Shown piece by piece: positions 47,360 to 63,576 of a stretch of DNA of 64,000 nucleotides. The translations under genes and the position numbers were made by a program. Within the stretch, counting starts at the first letter, position 1. Every line of letters begins with the position of its first letter. Source of the stretch: Candidatus Delongbacteria bacterium (GTDB taxonomy: Bacteria > CAIWAD01); NCBI GenBank assembly GCA_963663545.1, contig OY760505.1, positions 1,696,001-1,760,000 of the forward strand, given 5' to 3'. Under the pieces are notes generated by a model that had not been told where the DNA came from, did not search any database, and saw only the letters and a program-made list of their open reading frames with translations.

Positions 47360-48508
47360 CTAAAAGTTGAATTCGACTGCGGCTTCCACCATTACGTGAT
47401 CTTCCAGACTTCCACTATCCATATCTAGGCTTTCGGCCTGCTCCCAATCCAAAACCAGCTTGGAGTGCGGTAGAAAGCGCCAACTAGCACCTAAAAGGCT
47501 AACTCGTTCAGCCCAGTCTTTCCGCCATGCTCCGGCAAGATCATTGTCCATGCAGTCGTGCCGACCAAAGAAGGCGAGGTTAACAGAACCTGGAATCATG
47601 ATCTCAGCAAACAGTGACCATCCGGTCTGATCCATCGACTTTCCATCGCGCCCCAACGCATCGCCACTCAAATTCCCTTTACCTGCAAACATTGTCGCTG
47701 AAGCTCGCAACCAAGGAGATTGCCACGTGCTCGCTCCTGACAAGACATGAAAGTCAGGCTCTTCTGCGGAATTTCCCTTTCCGGATGCCCCGATGGCATG
47801 AAGCTGCAAGCCAGCCAGTTGCCGGAGTTGTCCAAGCGGTCGCAGGCTCAGGCGCCCCTCGAATAGCTTGTCGTTGTTTTCCTCGATAGCGTCATAACCG
47901 CCACCGTTGTAAATACCTATGGCAAAGCTGCCGTAGCGACCCGGATATTGATCGCTGACTGTGCTCTGGTAATGCTGATCCATGCTCCCGCCAAGCAGAC
48001 ACATGAAGCTCAGGCCGTAGTCGGCGGAACTGAGCATATCGAAGCGTTCCAGAAACATTTTGCCCTGAACGCGGTAGTCGTTCACCTTCTGCTCGAAATC
48101 CAACCATGGGCGATGTACCATTCCCCCTTCAATCGTAGGCTTCGTGAAAACAAACCAGCTTGGCAATTTCCATCGCAGATAGCCGTATTTCAGACGCAAT
48201 TCCATGTTGCCACGGCCATCGCCTTCTTTGTCGACTGAGATATCCTGTGTAACACGCACATCGAAGTGCGGGCTGAGCTTCTTCTTGAAGGTCAGATAGC
48301 CGCGCTTTAGGCGAAACTCACGAAACTCGTCGGTCTCGCCGCAATTCTCGTCCATGTAAGCGAAGAACCACTGGCCTGTAATTGTGACTTCGGCAAGGGT
48401 CGTTCCGGCAACGTTGGTGGCACTAATGGATTCCTGAGCATAAAGGGTCGGAGTGCAACACAGCAGAAGGGCGGCACAAGCCGCCCCGAAAGGAAAGCGT
48501 CTGTTCAT
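47360..48508 (-). CDS. Outer-membrane beta-barrel, porin O/P-like
   Basis: Signal peptide; FRLKRGYLTF, SSADYG and IYNGGGY...D K..EGRLSLRPL; C-terminal Phe. Confidence 0.7.
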   Translation of the reverse strand: MNRRFPFGAACAALLLCCTPTLYAQESISATNVAGTTLAEVTITGQWFFAYMDENCGETDEFREFRLKRGYLTFKKKLSPHFDVRVTQDISVDKEGDGRGNMELRLKYGYLRWKLPSWFVFTKPTIEGGMVHRPWLDFEQKVNDYRVQGKMFLERFDMLSSADYGLSFMCLLGGSMDQHYQSTVSDQYPGRYGSFAIGIYNGGGYDAIEENNDKLFEGRLSLRPLGQLRQLAGLQLHAIGASGKGNSAEEPDFHVLSGASTWQSPWLRASATMFAGKGNLSGDALGRDGKSMDQTGWSLFAEIMIPGSVNLAFFGRHDCMDNDLAGAWRKDWAERVSLLGASWRFLPHSKLVLDWEQAESLDMDSGSLEDHVMVEAAVEFNF

Positions 48509-48694
48509 TTCACCTCCACAGTTCGCGACTCCGTGAAGGTGCTGTTCACGTGTTAAGGCGTGGTGAAGGCGTCAAGCCGACCTGGTAAAAAGCATGAAAA
48601 CGCGCTGTCTCAAACCGCGCTATGGCTTGTTGATGCGCGCAGAATGGAACGGGCCTGTCCAGACCCATGTAGAACTCCGGGCTCACTTCAGATC

Positions 48695-49516
48695 TCAGTC
48701 TACCATCCCGGTTCTGAAGGCCGCCTCGACCTCGTCGTAGGTCCTGCCAAAGCTACATTGAAACTGGTCGCGCCAATTTCTGCTATAAAGCAGATCATGG
48801 ATGAAGCCCAGAACTTCTGTTTTCCCAAACTCAGTGATTAGATACTCCACGAAACACGCGCATTCGGAATACATGAAAGCGATGGGATACTCCACGTCCA
48901 GTTCGATCTCCTTTTCATGGCGGGTCTTGAAGTAGGCTGGAGGCATGAAATTACCCGCGCGAATCATCTCACAGACTTCCAGGGAATCGGGATACCAGCT
49001 AGTGCCACGTTGCCCGCTTGTGTATACGGCCCACCCTTCCAACAGCCAATCCGGGAAGCAGAAGTACGAAAGGAGATCCATGTTTTGAAAAAGCAGGAGA
49101 TGGGAAAGCTCATGTTCAATGTAGATGCGAAGAGAGATAACTCCCTGTTGATCTTCTTGCTGGGCTCGGGGAGAGACGACTAAGCAGCCGCTTGGAAATG
49201 CACAGAATCGAGCCCGGGTCGGTGATAGGCGCAAATAGCTCTCTTCGTCTCTAAAAACAGCAAGAACGGGCTTCTTCTTGAACTGTATTTGGTGCGAGGT
49301 CTCAATATGAGGAAGCATTTCATTTACCATCGTTGTATCGAGAAGAACAGCTCCCCGCTGCACGAGAAACGAAGCTCGGCTGCCTTCTATTCTCTCGAAG
49401 CCGACATGCCAAGGTGAATAGGGAAACAACTTGCCAGCAAGTAGCTGCTGCGTTAAAACGAAAAACACGACGAGAAGAAGAGCAAGTCCATATATCACAA
49501 TACGCTTCGTCTTCAT
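48695..49516 (-). CDS. Membrane-anchored clan MA metallopeptidase-like protein
   Basis: N-terminal TM; HELSH...PDWLLEGWAVY (HExxH plus downstream E). RBS GAGGAGG. Confidence 0.75.
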   Translation of the reverse strand: MKTKRIVIYGLALLLVVFFVLTQQLLAGKLFPYSPWHVGFERIEGSRASFLVQRGAVLLDTTMVNEMLPHIETSHQIQFKKKPVLAVFRDEESYLRLSPTRARFCAFPSGCLVVSPRAQQEDQQGVISLRIYIEHELSHLLLFQNMDLLSYFCFPDWLLEGWAVYTSGQRGTSWYPDSLEVCEMIRAGNFMPPAYFKTRHEKEIELDVEYPIAFMYSECACFVEYLITEFGKTEVLGFIHDLLYSRNWRDQFQCSFGRTYDEVEAAFRTGMVD

Positions 49517-49904
49517 TTGCTTCCTCCTCGTGATTATCCTCAGCTCTGACAATTTGCCGTGCTTCATTGGCCATGTCTGTCCAGATTCGGTACTCATCCG
49601 TGTTCAGGAGCAAATTGTCGGCGGAGTTGCATCCGACTACTGGCACGACTGTGCTATACAACAATGGCAAAACCAAAATCGATAAAGTATACGTCTTCCT
49701 TTTGAAAACAGCACTGCTTCATGAGGCGATTACACTCTGTCATTTTCTCCACGTGAACCATCGCGCCACGTTGGGCTCGATAGACAAATAGTAACTGGGA
49801 ACATCAGGAAGACCACACTGACTCATCTCGATCCAGTACTTCGCTTGTACGTAAACACTGCAAATCATCAGCGCAGAAGTTTGTGCATGTCTGTGCAAAA
49901 ACGA

Positions 49905-49930
49905 CAAAGGCCCGCCGAAGCGGGCCTTTG
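49905..49930 (-). terminator. rRNA operon terminator
   Basis: CAAAGGCCCG-CCGAAG-CGGGCCTTTG (UUCG-containing loop on the minus strand). Confidence 0.8.
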
Positions 49931-49939
49931 GAATTTTAA

Positions 49940-50055
49940 ACAGGCGGCGACCTACTCTCCCACAGAGTTACCTCTGCAGTACCATCGGCGCTGGTGGGCT
50001 TAACTTCTCTGTTCGGGATGGGAAGAGGTGTATCCCCACCGCCATTGCCACCTGC
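49940..50055 (-). rRNA. rrf: 5S rRNA
   Basis: Reverse complement carries CCCGAACAGAGAAGTTAAGC and GGGAGAGTAGGTCGCCGCC. Confidence 0.95.
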
Positions 50056-50150
50056 ATTTTCTGACACCTGGTATTGAGGCAAAGGCTGATTAGGCGATTG
50101 CATCGAAGGGTCTGTGAGACATCCCCGTCCCAGCGGGAGATGAAATTATA

Positions 50151-53103
<2,953 letters not shown>

Positions 53104-53266
53104 AATGTCCTACAAGGATGAAGATGCCTCACAGATCTTTCGATGCATTGCAAATAACCCAAATCAGTCTTTTTAAAGACCTCATTTATACCAGATGTCA
53201 AAGAACCTTCGCCCTTGCGGACGCGCCTTCTTCTGAAAGCGAAGCCAGCTTCTCACAGCTGGCTAG

Positions 53267-53339
53267 TGGAGAATATCGGGTTCGAACCGACGACCTCCTG
53301 GTTGCAAACCAGGCGCTCTCCCAACTGAGCTAATTCCCC
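53267..53339 (-). tRNA. tRNA-Ala(TGC); CCA not encoded
   Basis: GGGGAATTAGCTCAGTTGGGAGAGCGCCTGGTTTGCAACCAGG...GGTTCGAACCCGATATTCTCCA. Confidence 0.95.
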
Positions 53340-53365
53340 AACACGGACCCAAAGCGGCCCGATAG

Positions 53366-53440
<75 letters not shown>

Positions 53441-53525
53441 GTGTTGTGCTTAAAAGAACAAAACATAGAAGAGAACGGTCACGCCCTTGGTCTAGGTCGA
53501 GTTCCGTAGAACTCTAAACCTGTCT

Positions 53526-55066
<1,541 letters not shown>

Positions 55067-55247
55067 AAATATGGAAAGATTCCATTTGCTCGATTCATGT
55101 TTAGGAATTCAACATCTAATAGATGTCGCTTCCAGGGCCGCATCCATCCGAAAATGGACGCGGTGACGTGACCGTTCTGTCTTCTATGTCAATGAACAAA
55201 GTCTCTTTCGCGCCTCTGCCGAAGCAGTTTCCGGCGCAAAGACCCTC

Positions 55248-55276
55248 AAGATATGCGGGTCCGACCGCAGAGTCAA
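55248..55276 (-). promoter_or_regulatory. rRNA operon sigma70 promoter
   Basis: TTGACT-N17-TATCTT. boxA-like TGTTCATTGACA at about 55187-55198. Confidence 0.65.
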
Positions 55277-55491
55277 GCGCTTTTTTCCAGAGACCGCATT
55301 TTTTTCTTGACAAAGAGCCGCAGACGCCATGAGGTCTCGCCCTATCACGTTGTAAATCCTACACTAACCATAGTGTAATCAAAACAATGTTCCTTTTCTT
55401 GGCAAAGCTAGGACAGAGGATCTCGGCGCAGTACACGCCCTCCGGTAGGGCATAAGAGGATCGTTAAGGGATGCTCAGCGATTGATGCTTG

Positions 55492-57114
55492 CTAGAGAAG
55501 GCTAAGGCCAGCGGTGCGGGAAGTTTCCTGCGCTTCAAAAGAAAGTCCCGTGCGTAGACCGTCGGCCGCTGAGCTGATGATGCCACCCGCATAACCGGCT
55601 CCTTCGCCCACCGGCAGCAGCCCATATAATGATGGAGACATGCGATCGACCGGATTTCGCAGGATGCGTACCGGGCTCGATGTGCGGCTTTCAGGAGCCA
55701 GTAGCACGCCGCCGTCGATAAAACCGGGGATTTGTCGATCAAAGGCGCGCAATGCTGCCCCCAGCGGTTCTACAACGGCAGAAGGCAGCAAGTGGTCCAG
55801 TCGCTGTGGGCTGGCGGCTGGCAAAATGGATGTATGCGGCAGGGGGCCGGCGCGTCCAGCCAGAAAGTCAGTGATCCTTTGTGCTGGTGCCGAGTAGCCC
55901 TGGGTGCAGCTGAAACAGGAGGCCTCCAGTTTCCGCTGTAGCTCAACTCCAACCAGCACATTTCCCTCGCAGCCGAATTCTCGCGCCAGGGATCGAATCT
56001 GCTCAACGGAAAGTCCCACCACCAGCGCTGCATTGGACCAGCGCATACCGCGCCCTGCGTGACTCATCCCATTAACAACCGAACGCCCGGATTCGCTAGC
56101 CGCCTGTACCACCATTCCGCCGGGGCACATGCAGAAGGAATACACGCCCTGTTCCCGCACTTGAGCCCGCAGCTTGTACGAAGCCGCTCCGGTAATGCTG
56201 AAATCGCAGCGACTCCCGTACTGCGAGCGATCGATGAAATCTCGATCATGCTCTACGCGCACACCCATAGCAAAGGCCTTGGGCTCCATGGCGACACCGC
56301 TTTCGGAGAGCACACGGAATGTATCACGTGCACTATGCCCAGTGGCCAGCACCACACGATCCGTGTCCAGTGTATCACCGTTTGACAGCGTGACACCACG
56401 AATCGCGCCCTTGTTCACGATGAATTCATCAACGCGTGTATCAAAGAGGAAGTCCACACCCGCTTCTACCAGGCGCCGTCGCAACTCAAGTACTACTTGC
56501 CGAATTCCGTTGGTGCCAATGTGCGGCAGGTGGCTGACCAGAATATCAGCGTCAGCGCCACAAGCGTGTAACACGCGAAAGACCTCAGCAGTAAACCAAT
56601 TGCTTCCGCGACTCGTGAGTTTGCCATCGGAGAAAGTACCGGCACCACCCTCGCCAAACTGCACATTGCTTTCCGGGTTGAGCTCTCCGCTACGCCAAAA
56701 CTGCTGAACCTGCTTCCTGCGCTGCGGAATTGTTGAACCCCGCTCAATCACAATTGGTTTGTAGCCGCGTGACACAAGTCCCACCGCGGCAAAGAGTCCT
56801 GCAGGGCCACAGCCGACAACCACTGGCCTGCCGCGATCACATCTGTGTAATGGCAGTTCCGGACACACCGGCGATTCGTAGAGTTCTACTCCGCGCACAG
56901 ACCTGCGCAAGAGCGTTTCTTCCATCGAAAAGCCGAGGGTCCAAACGAAGCGCAGCGCGCCCTTGTCCCGGGCGTCCAGTGCGCGGCGTATCACACGAAT
57001 ATTGTCTACAACAGTTGGGGATACACTCAGAGCCCTAGTCAATATCTTGCGAAGATCTGTATCACGTGCCAGCGGCGAAGCCAGATGGCTGATTCGATAG
57101 TCTTTGATAGCCAT
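55492..57114 (-). CDS. NAD(P)/FAD-dependent oxidoreductase (COG2509-like)
   Basis: VVGCGPAGLFAA, ESNVQFGEGGAGTFSDGKL, SFCMCPGG and GEGAGYAGGIISSAADG. Confidence 0.9.
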   Translation of the reverse strand: MAIKDYRISHLASPLARDTDLRKILTRALSVSPTVVDNIRVIRRALDARDKGALRFVWTLGFSMEETLLRRSVRGVELYESPVCPELPLHRCDRGRPVVVGCGPAGLFAAVGLVSRGYKPIVIERGSTIPQRRKQVQQFWRSGELNPESNVQFGEGGAGTFSDGKLTSRGSNWFTAEVFRVLHACGADADILVSHLPHIGTNGIRQVVLELRRRLVEAGVDFLFDTRVDEFIVNKGAIRGVTLSNGDTLDTDRVVLATGHSARDTFRVLSESGVAMEPKAFAMGVRVEHDRDFIDRSQYGSRCDFSITGAASYKLRAQVREQGVYSFCMCPGGMVVQAASESGRSVVNGMSHAGRGMRWSNAALVVGLSVEQIRSLAREFGCEGNVLVGVELQRKLEASCFSCTQGYSAPAQRITDFLAGRAGPLPHTSILPAASPQRLDHLLPSAVVEPLGAALRAFDRQIPGFIDGGVLLAPESRTSSPVRILRNPVDRMSPSLYGLLPVGEGAGYAGGIISSAADGLRTGLSFEAQETSRTAGLSLL

Positions 57115-57199
57115 GTCTGAAGATCGCTAACACAACCGATACTCCCGTTGTGTTGGTAGCGTCTTCTTACTTTGTGCGGCATAAGAATAAGGAGCACCC

Positions 57200-58213
57200 A
57201 TGCACGCCATTACGAGCATCTTTGAAGAGTTGGTCAGCATTCCCAGCCCAACCGGATACACACACAAGATCATCAAGCATCTGAGCGAGCGTTTTCAAAA
57301 GGCGGGCATTCGCACGCGACTCACTCACAAGGGTGCACTATTGGCAGGAAACGTCGACGATCCAAGCCTTGTGATTTCTGCCCATGTGGACACCTTGGGA
57401 GCCATGGTTTCATCACTCGCTGGCGGAACCATTCGTGTAACACAATTAGGGGGTTGGCCTATTACAAGCTTCGAAGGCGAATACCTAACTCTGCTCACCA
57501 TGGATGGTCTTAGTTACCGCGGCAGTTTTCTACTGGACAACCCTGCCGCTCACGTGAACAACGAAGTGAATTCAACAACGCGCACTCTGAAGAACACGCA
57601 TGTTCGTCTAGATGTGGAAGCGCGTAGCGAGGCAGAGTTGAAGCAGCTTGGCGTTGCTGTTGGCGATATCATCTGTTTTGATCCGCGTTTCGAGCGCACC
57701 AATACTGGCTTCGTGCGCAGTCGTTTTCTAGACGACAAGGCAGGCTGTTCCTGCCTCGTTCACGTGGCCGAGATTTTCGGGCCGGAAATCTGTGATCTAC
57801 CAGTAGCCTTCTATTTCTCGAACTACGAAGAGGTCGGCCATGGTGCCGCAGGCGGACTTCCGGCTAGTACCCGCGATCTACTTGCCGTTGACATGGGTGT
57901 TGTTGGTAATGGAGTTGCGGGTGATGAGCTCAACGTGTCCATATGCGCCAAGGACAGCAGCGGACCGTACGATTACGACTTCCGTCGAGAACTCACGCTA
58001 TTGGCCCAGCAGAAGGACATCGCACACCGGGTAGATGTGTTCCCGTACTACGGCAGTGATGGAAGCGCTGCCTTGAAAGCCGGCTGGGAAATCCGTGTCG
58101 GTCTCATTGGTCCTGGTGTCAGTGCATCACACGGTGTTGAACGCACACACGAGAAGGCCCTGGTAGCAACGGCGAGACTGATAGAAGAGCTCATTCGCAA
58201 GCGCTTCTCCTGA
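57200..58213 (+). CDS. M42 family aminopeptidase (YhfE-like)
   Basis: IPSPTGYT, AHVDTLG, SRFLDDKAG, YEEVGHG, KDSSGPYD and SHGVERTH. Confidence 0.92.
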   Translation: MHAITSIFEELVSIPSPTGYTHKIIKHLSERFQKAGIRTRLTHKGALLAGNVDDPSLVISAHVDTLGAMVSSLAGGTIRVTQLGGWPITSFEGEYLTLLTMDGLSYRGSFLLDNPAAHVNNEVNSTTRTLKNTHVRLDVEARSEAELKQLGVAVGDIICFDPRFERTNTGFVRSRFLDDKAGCSCLVHVAEIFGPEICDLPVAFYFSNYEEVGHGAAGGLPASTRDLLAVDMGVVGNGVAGDELNVSICAKDSSGPYDYDFRRELTLLAQQKDIAHRVDVFPYYGSDGSAALKAGWEIRVGLIGPGVSASHGVERTHEKALVATARLIEELIRKRFS

Positions 58214-58237
58214 TATACCACTTTGTATCACGAACAT

Positions 58238-58258
58238 GCCCCCGCGATGCGGGGGCTT
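58238..58258. terminator. Hairpin between convergent genes
   Basis: GCCCCCGC-GAT-GCGGGGGC-TTT. Confidence 0.65.
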
Positions 58259-58265
58259 TCCTTCT

Positions 58266-60548
58266 CTACTCCACCGGAAGTATCCGGTATGAAGTTGGCC
58301 CAAGCACCGTTTGTATACGCGATCCATCCAGTGGCAATTCAAGGTCGACCTGGGCATCCCCATTCCCCTTGTTAAGAACGGTGACGGATGCGCTCAGACT
58401 CCCATCTGGCCTCTCCGCGCTACGATACCAGGCAATGACATCCTGATCTGCGTGTATCACAGCAAAATCACCACGACGCAACTCTACACGATCACGCCGA
58501 GTGTGCACGAGCCGTGATACAGCCCGAAGCATACCACGCTCGTCACTGCTTAAGTCATCGCCAAAGCGCATCATGCGGCGATTATCAGGATCGGATGATC
58601 CCGTCATGCCAATCTCGTCTCCGTAGTACAAGAAGGGGACTCCCGGCAGCGTCAGCATGTAGGCAAGATAAAACTCCGCCTTCTGGTAGCTATCCGCGTG
58701 ATCCACCTGTGGCGGATCTGTCCAGGCCAACTCCGCCAGATTAGCCCCATCCAAGGGTAGATCGCCATCGGCAAAACCCATGTAGCGCGCTTTGTCGTGG
58801 CTGTCCATCAAATTGCCCATCAGATGGTTGCGGCCGTAGTGTTCTAGGTTTTGCTCCAGCAACGCAGCCAGATCCACAAAGCTTGTGTTGGGTAACAGGA
58901 AGATTCGACGCGCCGGGTGAAAGAGATTGAAGTTGAACTGCGCATCCAGCACCGAGGGTCCAACATAGGACGAGATCAGCTCGTCGGATCCGAATGTCTC
59001 ACCAATCTGATAGCAATCGTCGTACACACCCTGCGCGCGCATTTTCTCCGTTAGGCGTTCCCAGAAACAGCGTGGCACGTGCTTCACGGCGTCATGCCGG
59101 AATCCATCCAGGTGATACTCGCCAAGCCACCAGAGAGCGTCATCGGTAAAGGCCTCCAAAGCCTCAGGGCTGTTGCTGTAATCCACATCCGGCATGTAAG
59201 GCTCAAACCAGGTGGTCAGTCGATGTTCGTCCCAGCTGCGCAGGTTCAAGCTTCCGTCGGGCAGCTCAAGTCTTCCGAACCAGTCAGGATGCGCTTTGAA
59301 GTACTCGTGTTCCTCGTGAACATGGTTGGCCACTAGATCAAGCAGCACTCGCATGTTGCGACTGTGCGCCTCGCTCACCAGAGTTTTGAACTCGTCCGTG
59401 TTTCCAAATCGCGCTTCCATCCCGCGCGCTGAAACAGGCCAATACCCGTGATAGCCCGTGTACCAACGATGGGGCTCCGGGTACTCCTGCCACGCCTTGT
59501 CCGTCGAACGGTTCAGCGGATACATCCAGAATGCGTTGACACCCAATCTGTCGAAATATCCCTCGCGCAACTTCTGTGTCACACCAGCCAGGTCGCCCCC
59601 ATGCCAGTTGGCAGGTGAAAGCAAATCAGGATGTATCACCGGATTGTCATTGTTTGTATCACCATTGGAGAAACGATCCGGCATCAGCGAATAGACAACG
59701 GCATCCTGCCAATGAAAAGCAGGATCAAGCAACGAGGTCTGCAGCGGCGATCCACGGCCCGCAAGCGAAACAGCTACGCGCAGGCTTTTCCGATCAAGGT
59801 TGTCCGCCTTGACAACCAGTGTATCACCAGACCAGTGAATGGAAGACGTAGGCACCTGCGAATTGTCAAGCAGTGCAAACACCTCACACTTTTGTGCTAC
59901 ACCTTTTGCGGGTCGCACGAAGCTGCCCAGCTCCTCTCCCGTCAGGCGAAGCAGATAGCGTAACTCGTTTTGTGTGCCACCAAGGCGCAGAAGTTGCGGA
60001 AGCCCTGAACTGGAATCCCGGATGCTGTAGAGGCTGTTCCATCCTCCCAAGCCGTTTCCGACGGAATCGGGATTGGCAGGGTCTCGCATTTCCGTGTCAC
60101 CGACCTTCATCAGATACTCATGTTCACCCGGCCCCAACAGAATGCTGCAAGTGTAGGTGCCCGGCGTCGTCTCACGCATTGGGTGAGACTCGCGATTCCA
60201 GCCGTTGAAATTCCCGAAGAGAAACACATCCTGGCGACCAGGTTGTCCTACATAGTTGAAAGGGATGAGCCTTTTGTGCGACGTCCGCACCAGCAAATCG
60301 CCAGCCGTTGTTTGTATCACATCCCAGGGGAACGCCTGGTGAGCGACCAGCGTCAGTTGCCCTGTACTCAGTTCAGCATCTAGCTGTTGTGACACAGGAA
60401 GCACCAGCTCAGCATCTGCGGCAAGCCCCAAGTCCACAAGTGCCAACTCTTGTGTCACCTGCGGGTCAAGGGTAACAACGGGACAAGGGGTATCAGCCGC
60501 GTTGGCCAACGGTGCCAGCACACAAAGGAGAAGGAACAGACGGATCAT
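58266..60548 (-). CDS. Secreted GH13 alpha-amylase-family glycosidase with CBM48-like domain
   Basis: Signal peptide; FGNFNGWN (CBM48); HGGDLAG, YHGYWP, DLVANH, GFRHDAVKH, GETF, DSHD and YYGDEIG. Confidence 0.92.
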   Translation of the reverse strand: MIRLFLLLCVLAPLANAADTPCPVVTLDPQVTQELALVDLGLAADAELVLPVSQQLDAELSTGQLTLVAHQAFPWDVIQTTAGDLLVRTSHKRLIPFNYVGQPGRQDVFLFGNFNGWNRESHPMRETTPGTYTCSILLGPGEHEYLMKVGDTEMRDPANPDSVGNGLGGWNSLYSIRDSSSGLPQLLRLGGTQNELRYLLRLTGEELGSFVRPAKGVAQKCEVFALLDNSQVPTSSIHWSGDTLVVKADNLDRKSLRVAVSLAGRGSPLQTSLLDPAFHWQDAVVYSLMPDRFSNGDTNNDNPVIHPDLLSPANWHGGDLAGVTQKLREGYFDRLGVNAFWMYPLNRSTDKAWQEYPEPHRWYTGYHGYWPVSARGMEARFGNTDEFKTLVSEAHSRNMRVLLDLVANHVHEEHEYFKAHPDWFGRLELPDGSLNLRSWDEHRLTTWFEPYMPDVDYSNSPEALEAFTDDALWWLGEYHLDGFRHDAVKHVPRCFWERLTEKMRAQGVYDDCYQIGETFGSDELISSYVGPSVLDAQFNFNLFHPARRIFLLPNTSFVDLAALLEQNLEHYGRNHLMGNLMDSHDKARYMGFADGDLPLDGANLAELAWTDPPQVDHADSYQKAEFYLAYMLTLPGVPFLYYGDEIGMTGSSDPDNRRMMRFGDDLSSDERGMLRAVSRLVHTRRDRVELRRGDFAVIHADQDVIAWYRSAERPDGSLSASVTVLNKGNGDAQVDLELPLDGSRIQTVLGPTSYRILPVE

Positions 60549-60674
60549 GTATCACCTCAGGTTCAGTGGAGTTTCAAACAGCTTCGCAAGCTTCGCGAAA
60601 AATAGCCAGCGCTTTGTCGCTGCGCCCTGGGCATTGCTTTGGCCAAGAATCTTGGCCGAGCGAAGACATCCAGG

Positions 60675-60758
60675 AGAAATAGCGCGCGGCGCTCAGGGGA
60701 AGCGCCGCGCTAGCAATCAGGAGGAGGTATGAGATGCGCCCCAGGGGAGGGCACATGT
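60675..60758 (-). ncRNA. Candidate sigma54-dependent C-rich sRNA (about 84 nt)
   Basis: Starts 12 nt after a GG-N10-GC promoter. Two hairpins with UCCCCU loops flank a CCUCCUCC linker; the second hairpin is followed by UAUUUCU. Confidence 0.55.
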
Positions 60759-60768
60759 ACTGGCTACT

Positions 60769-60785
60769 TGCATCAACCATGCCAA
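60769..60785 (-). promoter_or_regulatory. Putative sigma54 promoter
   Basis: TTGGCAT-GGTTG-ATGCA on the minus strand. Confidence 0.6.
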
Positions 60786-60988
60786 GGATGACGCACTTCA
60801 AAATGCGCTGATTCTATTGGTCTTGCCCTAAATTCCATGGCCTTCATACAGGAACGCACCACACTATTCCGGGGCAAATCAACCACACTTCGCGGCTCAT
60901 CTCAACAGTCAGTTTCCTTCGCTCATGCTACATTGGGCGCTCAATGCTTCGGGATGGGAAGCAGCCATCATTCTAGTTGAGGTACGTC

Positions 60989-62443
<1,455 letters not shown>

Positions 62444-62475
62444 TCCAGGCGAATTCAATTCTATCGGAGGACCAG

Positions 62476-63435
62476 ATGATAGCCAACGACCAGCTGCGGG
62501 CCCAGATCCCCAACTCCCTTGATCAGGTGGACCTGGAACTGCCGGGCGAGCGCAACATCGGCAAGGTGCGTGAAGCCTGGGCGCGTGAAGGGCGCCGTCT
62601 GATCGTAACCACCGATCGTGTCAGCGCCTTCGATCGCGTGTTGACGACGATTCCCTTCAAAGGCCAGGTGCTCAATCAAGTGGCCGCTTTCTGGTTTGAG
62701 CAGACAATTGACATCGTGCCCAATCACGTTGTTTCGGTGCCCGACCCGAACGCGATGGTGGTGCGCGATCTCGAGCCGATTCTGGTTGAGATGGTGGTTC
62801 GCGGCTATCTGACAGGACAGTCCAATACAAGTGCGTGGACCCACTACGAGCGCGGCGTGCGCGAGTTCTGCGGCAACCAACTGCCTGATGGCATGCGCAA
62901 GGATCAGGCTTTTGCCAGCCCCATTGTTACACCATCGACCAAGGCAGCCATTGGCGAACACGACGAGAGTGTTTCCGCCGACGAAATCGTCCGACGTGGA
63001 ATTGTATCACGCGACATCATGAATGAGCTGGTGGATATTAGCCTTCGCCTTTTTGCGCGCGGCCAGGAAGTTGCCGCACGGCAGGGAATTCTACTGGTGG
63101 ACACCAAGTACGAGTTCGGCCTGGACGGTGATCGTATTGTGCTGATGGATGAGATCCATACGCCCGATAGTAGCCGTTTCTGGTACGCCGACGAATACCA
63201 GCGCCGTTTTGAGGCAGGCGAAGAGCAGAAGCGCATCGACAAAGACTACATCCGCAATTGGCTCAAGGAGCGCGGTTTTGTCGGTGACGGAGTGGCGCCC
63301 GTAATTCCGGATGAAGTGCGACTGGAAGCTGCACGCCGCTACATTGAGGCCTTTGAAGTCATTACAGGACAGGAATTCAAGCCGGCGGCGGGCAATGTAC
63401 TGCAGCGTCTGAGGACTTCGCTTCAAAGCTATTAA
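62476..63435 (+). CDS. purC: SAICAR synthetase
   Basis: GKVRE, TTDRVSAFD, EMVVRGYLTG, TPSTKA, DTKYEFG and DEIHTPDSSRFW. Confidence 0.95.
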   Translation: MIANDQLRAQIPNSLDQVDLELPGERNIGKVREAWAREGRRLIVTTDRVSAFDRVLTTIPFKGQVLNQVAAFWFEQTIDIVPNHVVSVPDPNAMVVRDLEPILVEMVVRGYLTGQSNTSAWTHYERGVREFCGNQLPDGMRKDQAFASPIVTPSTKAAIGEHDESVSADEIVRRGIVSRDIMNELVDISLRLFARGQEVAARQGILLVDTKYEFGLDGDRIVLMDEIHTPDSSRFWYADEYQRRFEAGEEQKRIDKDYIRNWLKERGFVGDGVAPVIPDEVRLEAARRYIEAFEVITGQEFKPAAGNVLQRLRTSLQSY

Positions 63436-63460
63436 GCCAGACGAGACCCAAAGAAACGAC

Positions 63461-63486
63461 AACAGGGCAGGTTTTCCTGCCCTGTT
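63461..63486. terminator. Terminator hairpin after purC
   Basis: AACAGGGCAGG-TTTT-CCTGCCCTGTT. Confidence 0.75.
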
Positions 63487-63576
63487 CTATTGCTGTCGCA
63501 TGGGAGACGAACCATGTCCTTCAAAATTCCGCTGATAAAGGTACTTGGTAACATGCGGCCAGCACGCGAACCAGTG

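Noticed and set aside
60574..60801. 75-aa minus-strand ORF upstream of the GH13 gene
   Set aside because: TTG start with no RBS and no recognisable motif; it overlaps the promoter, hairpins and terminator of the sRNA candidate.
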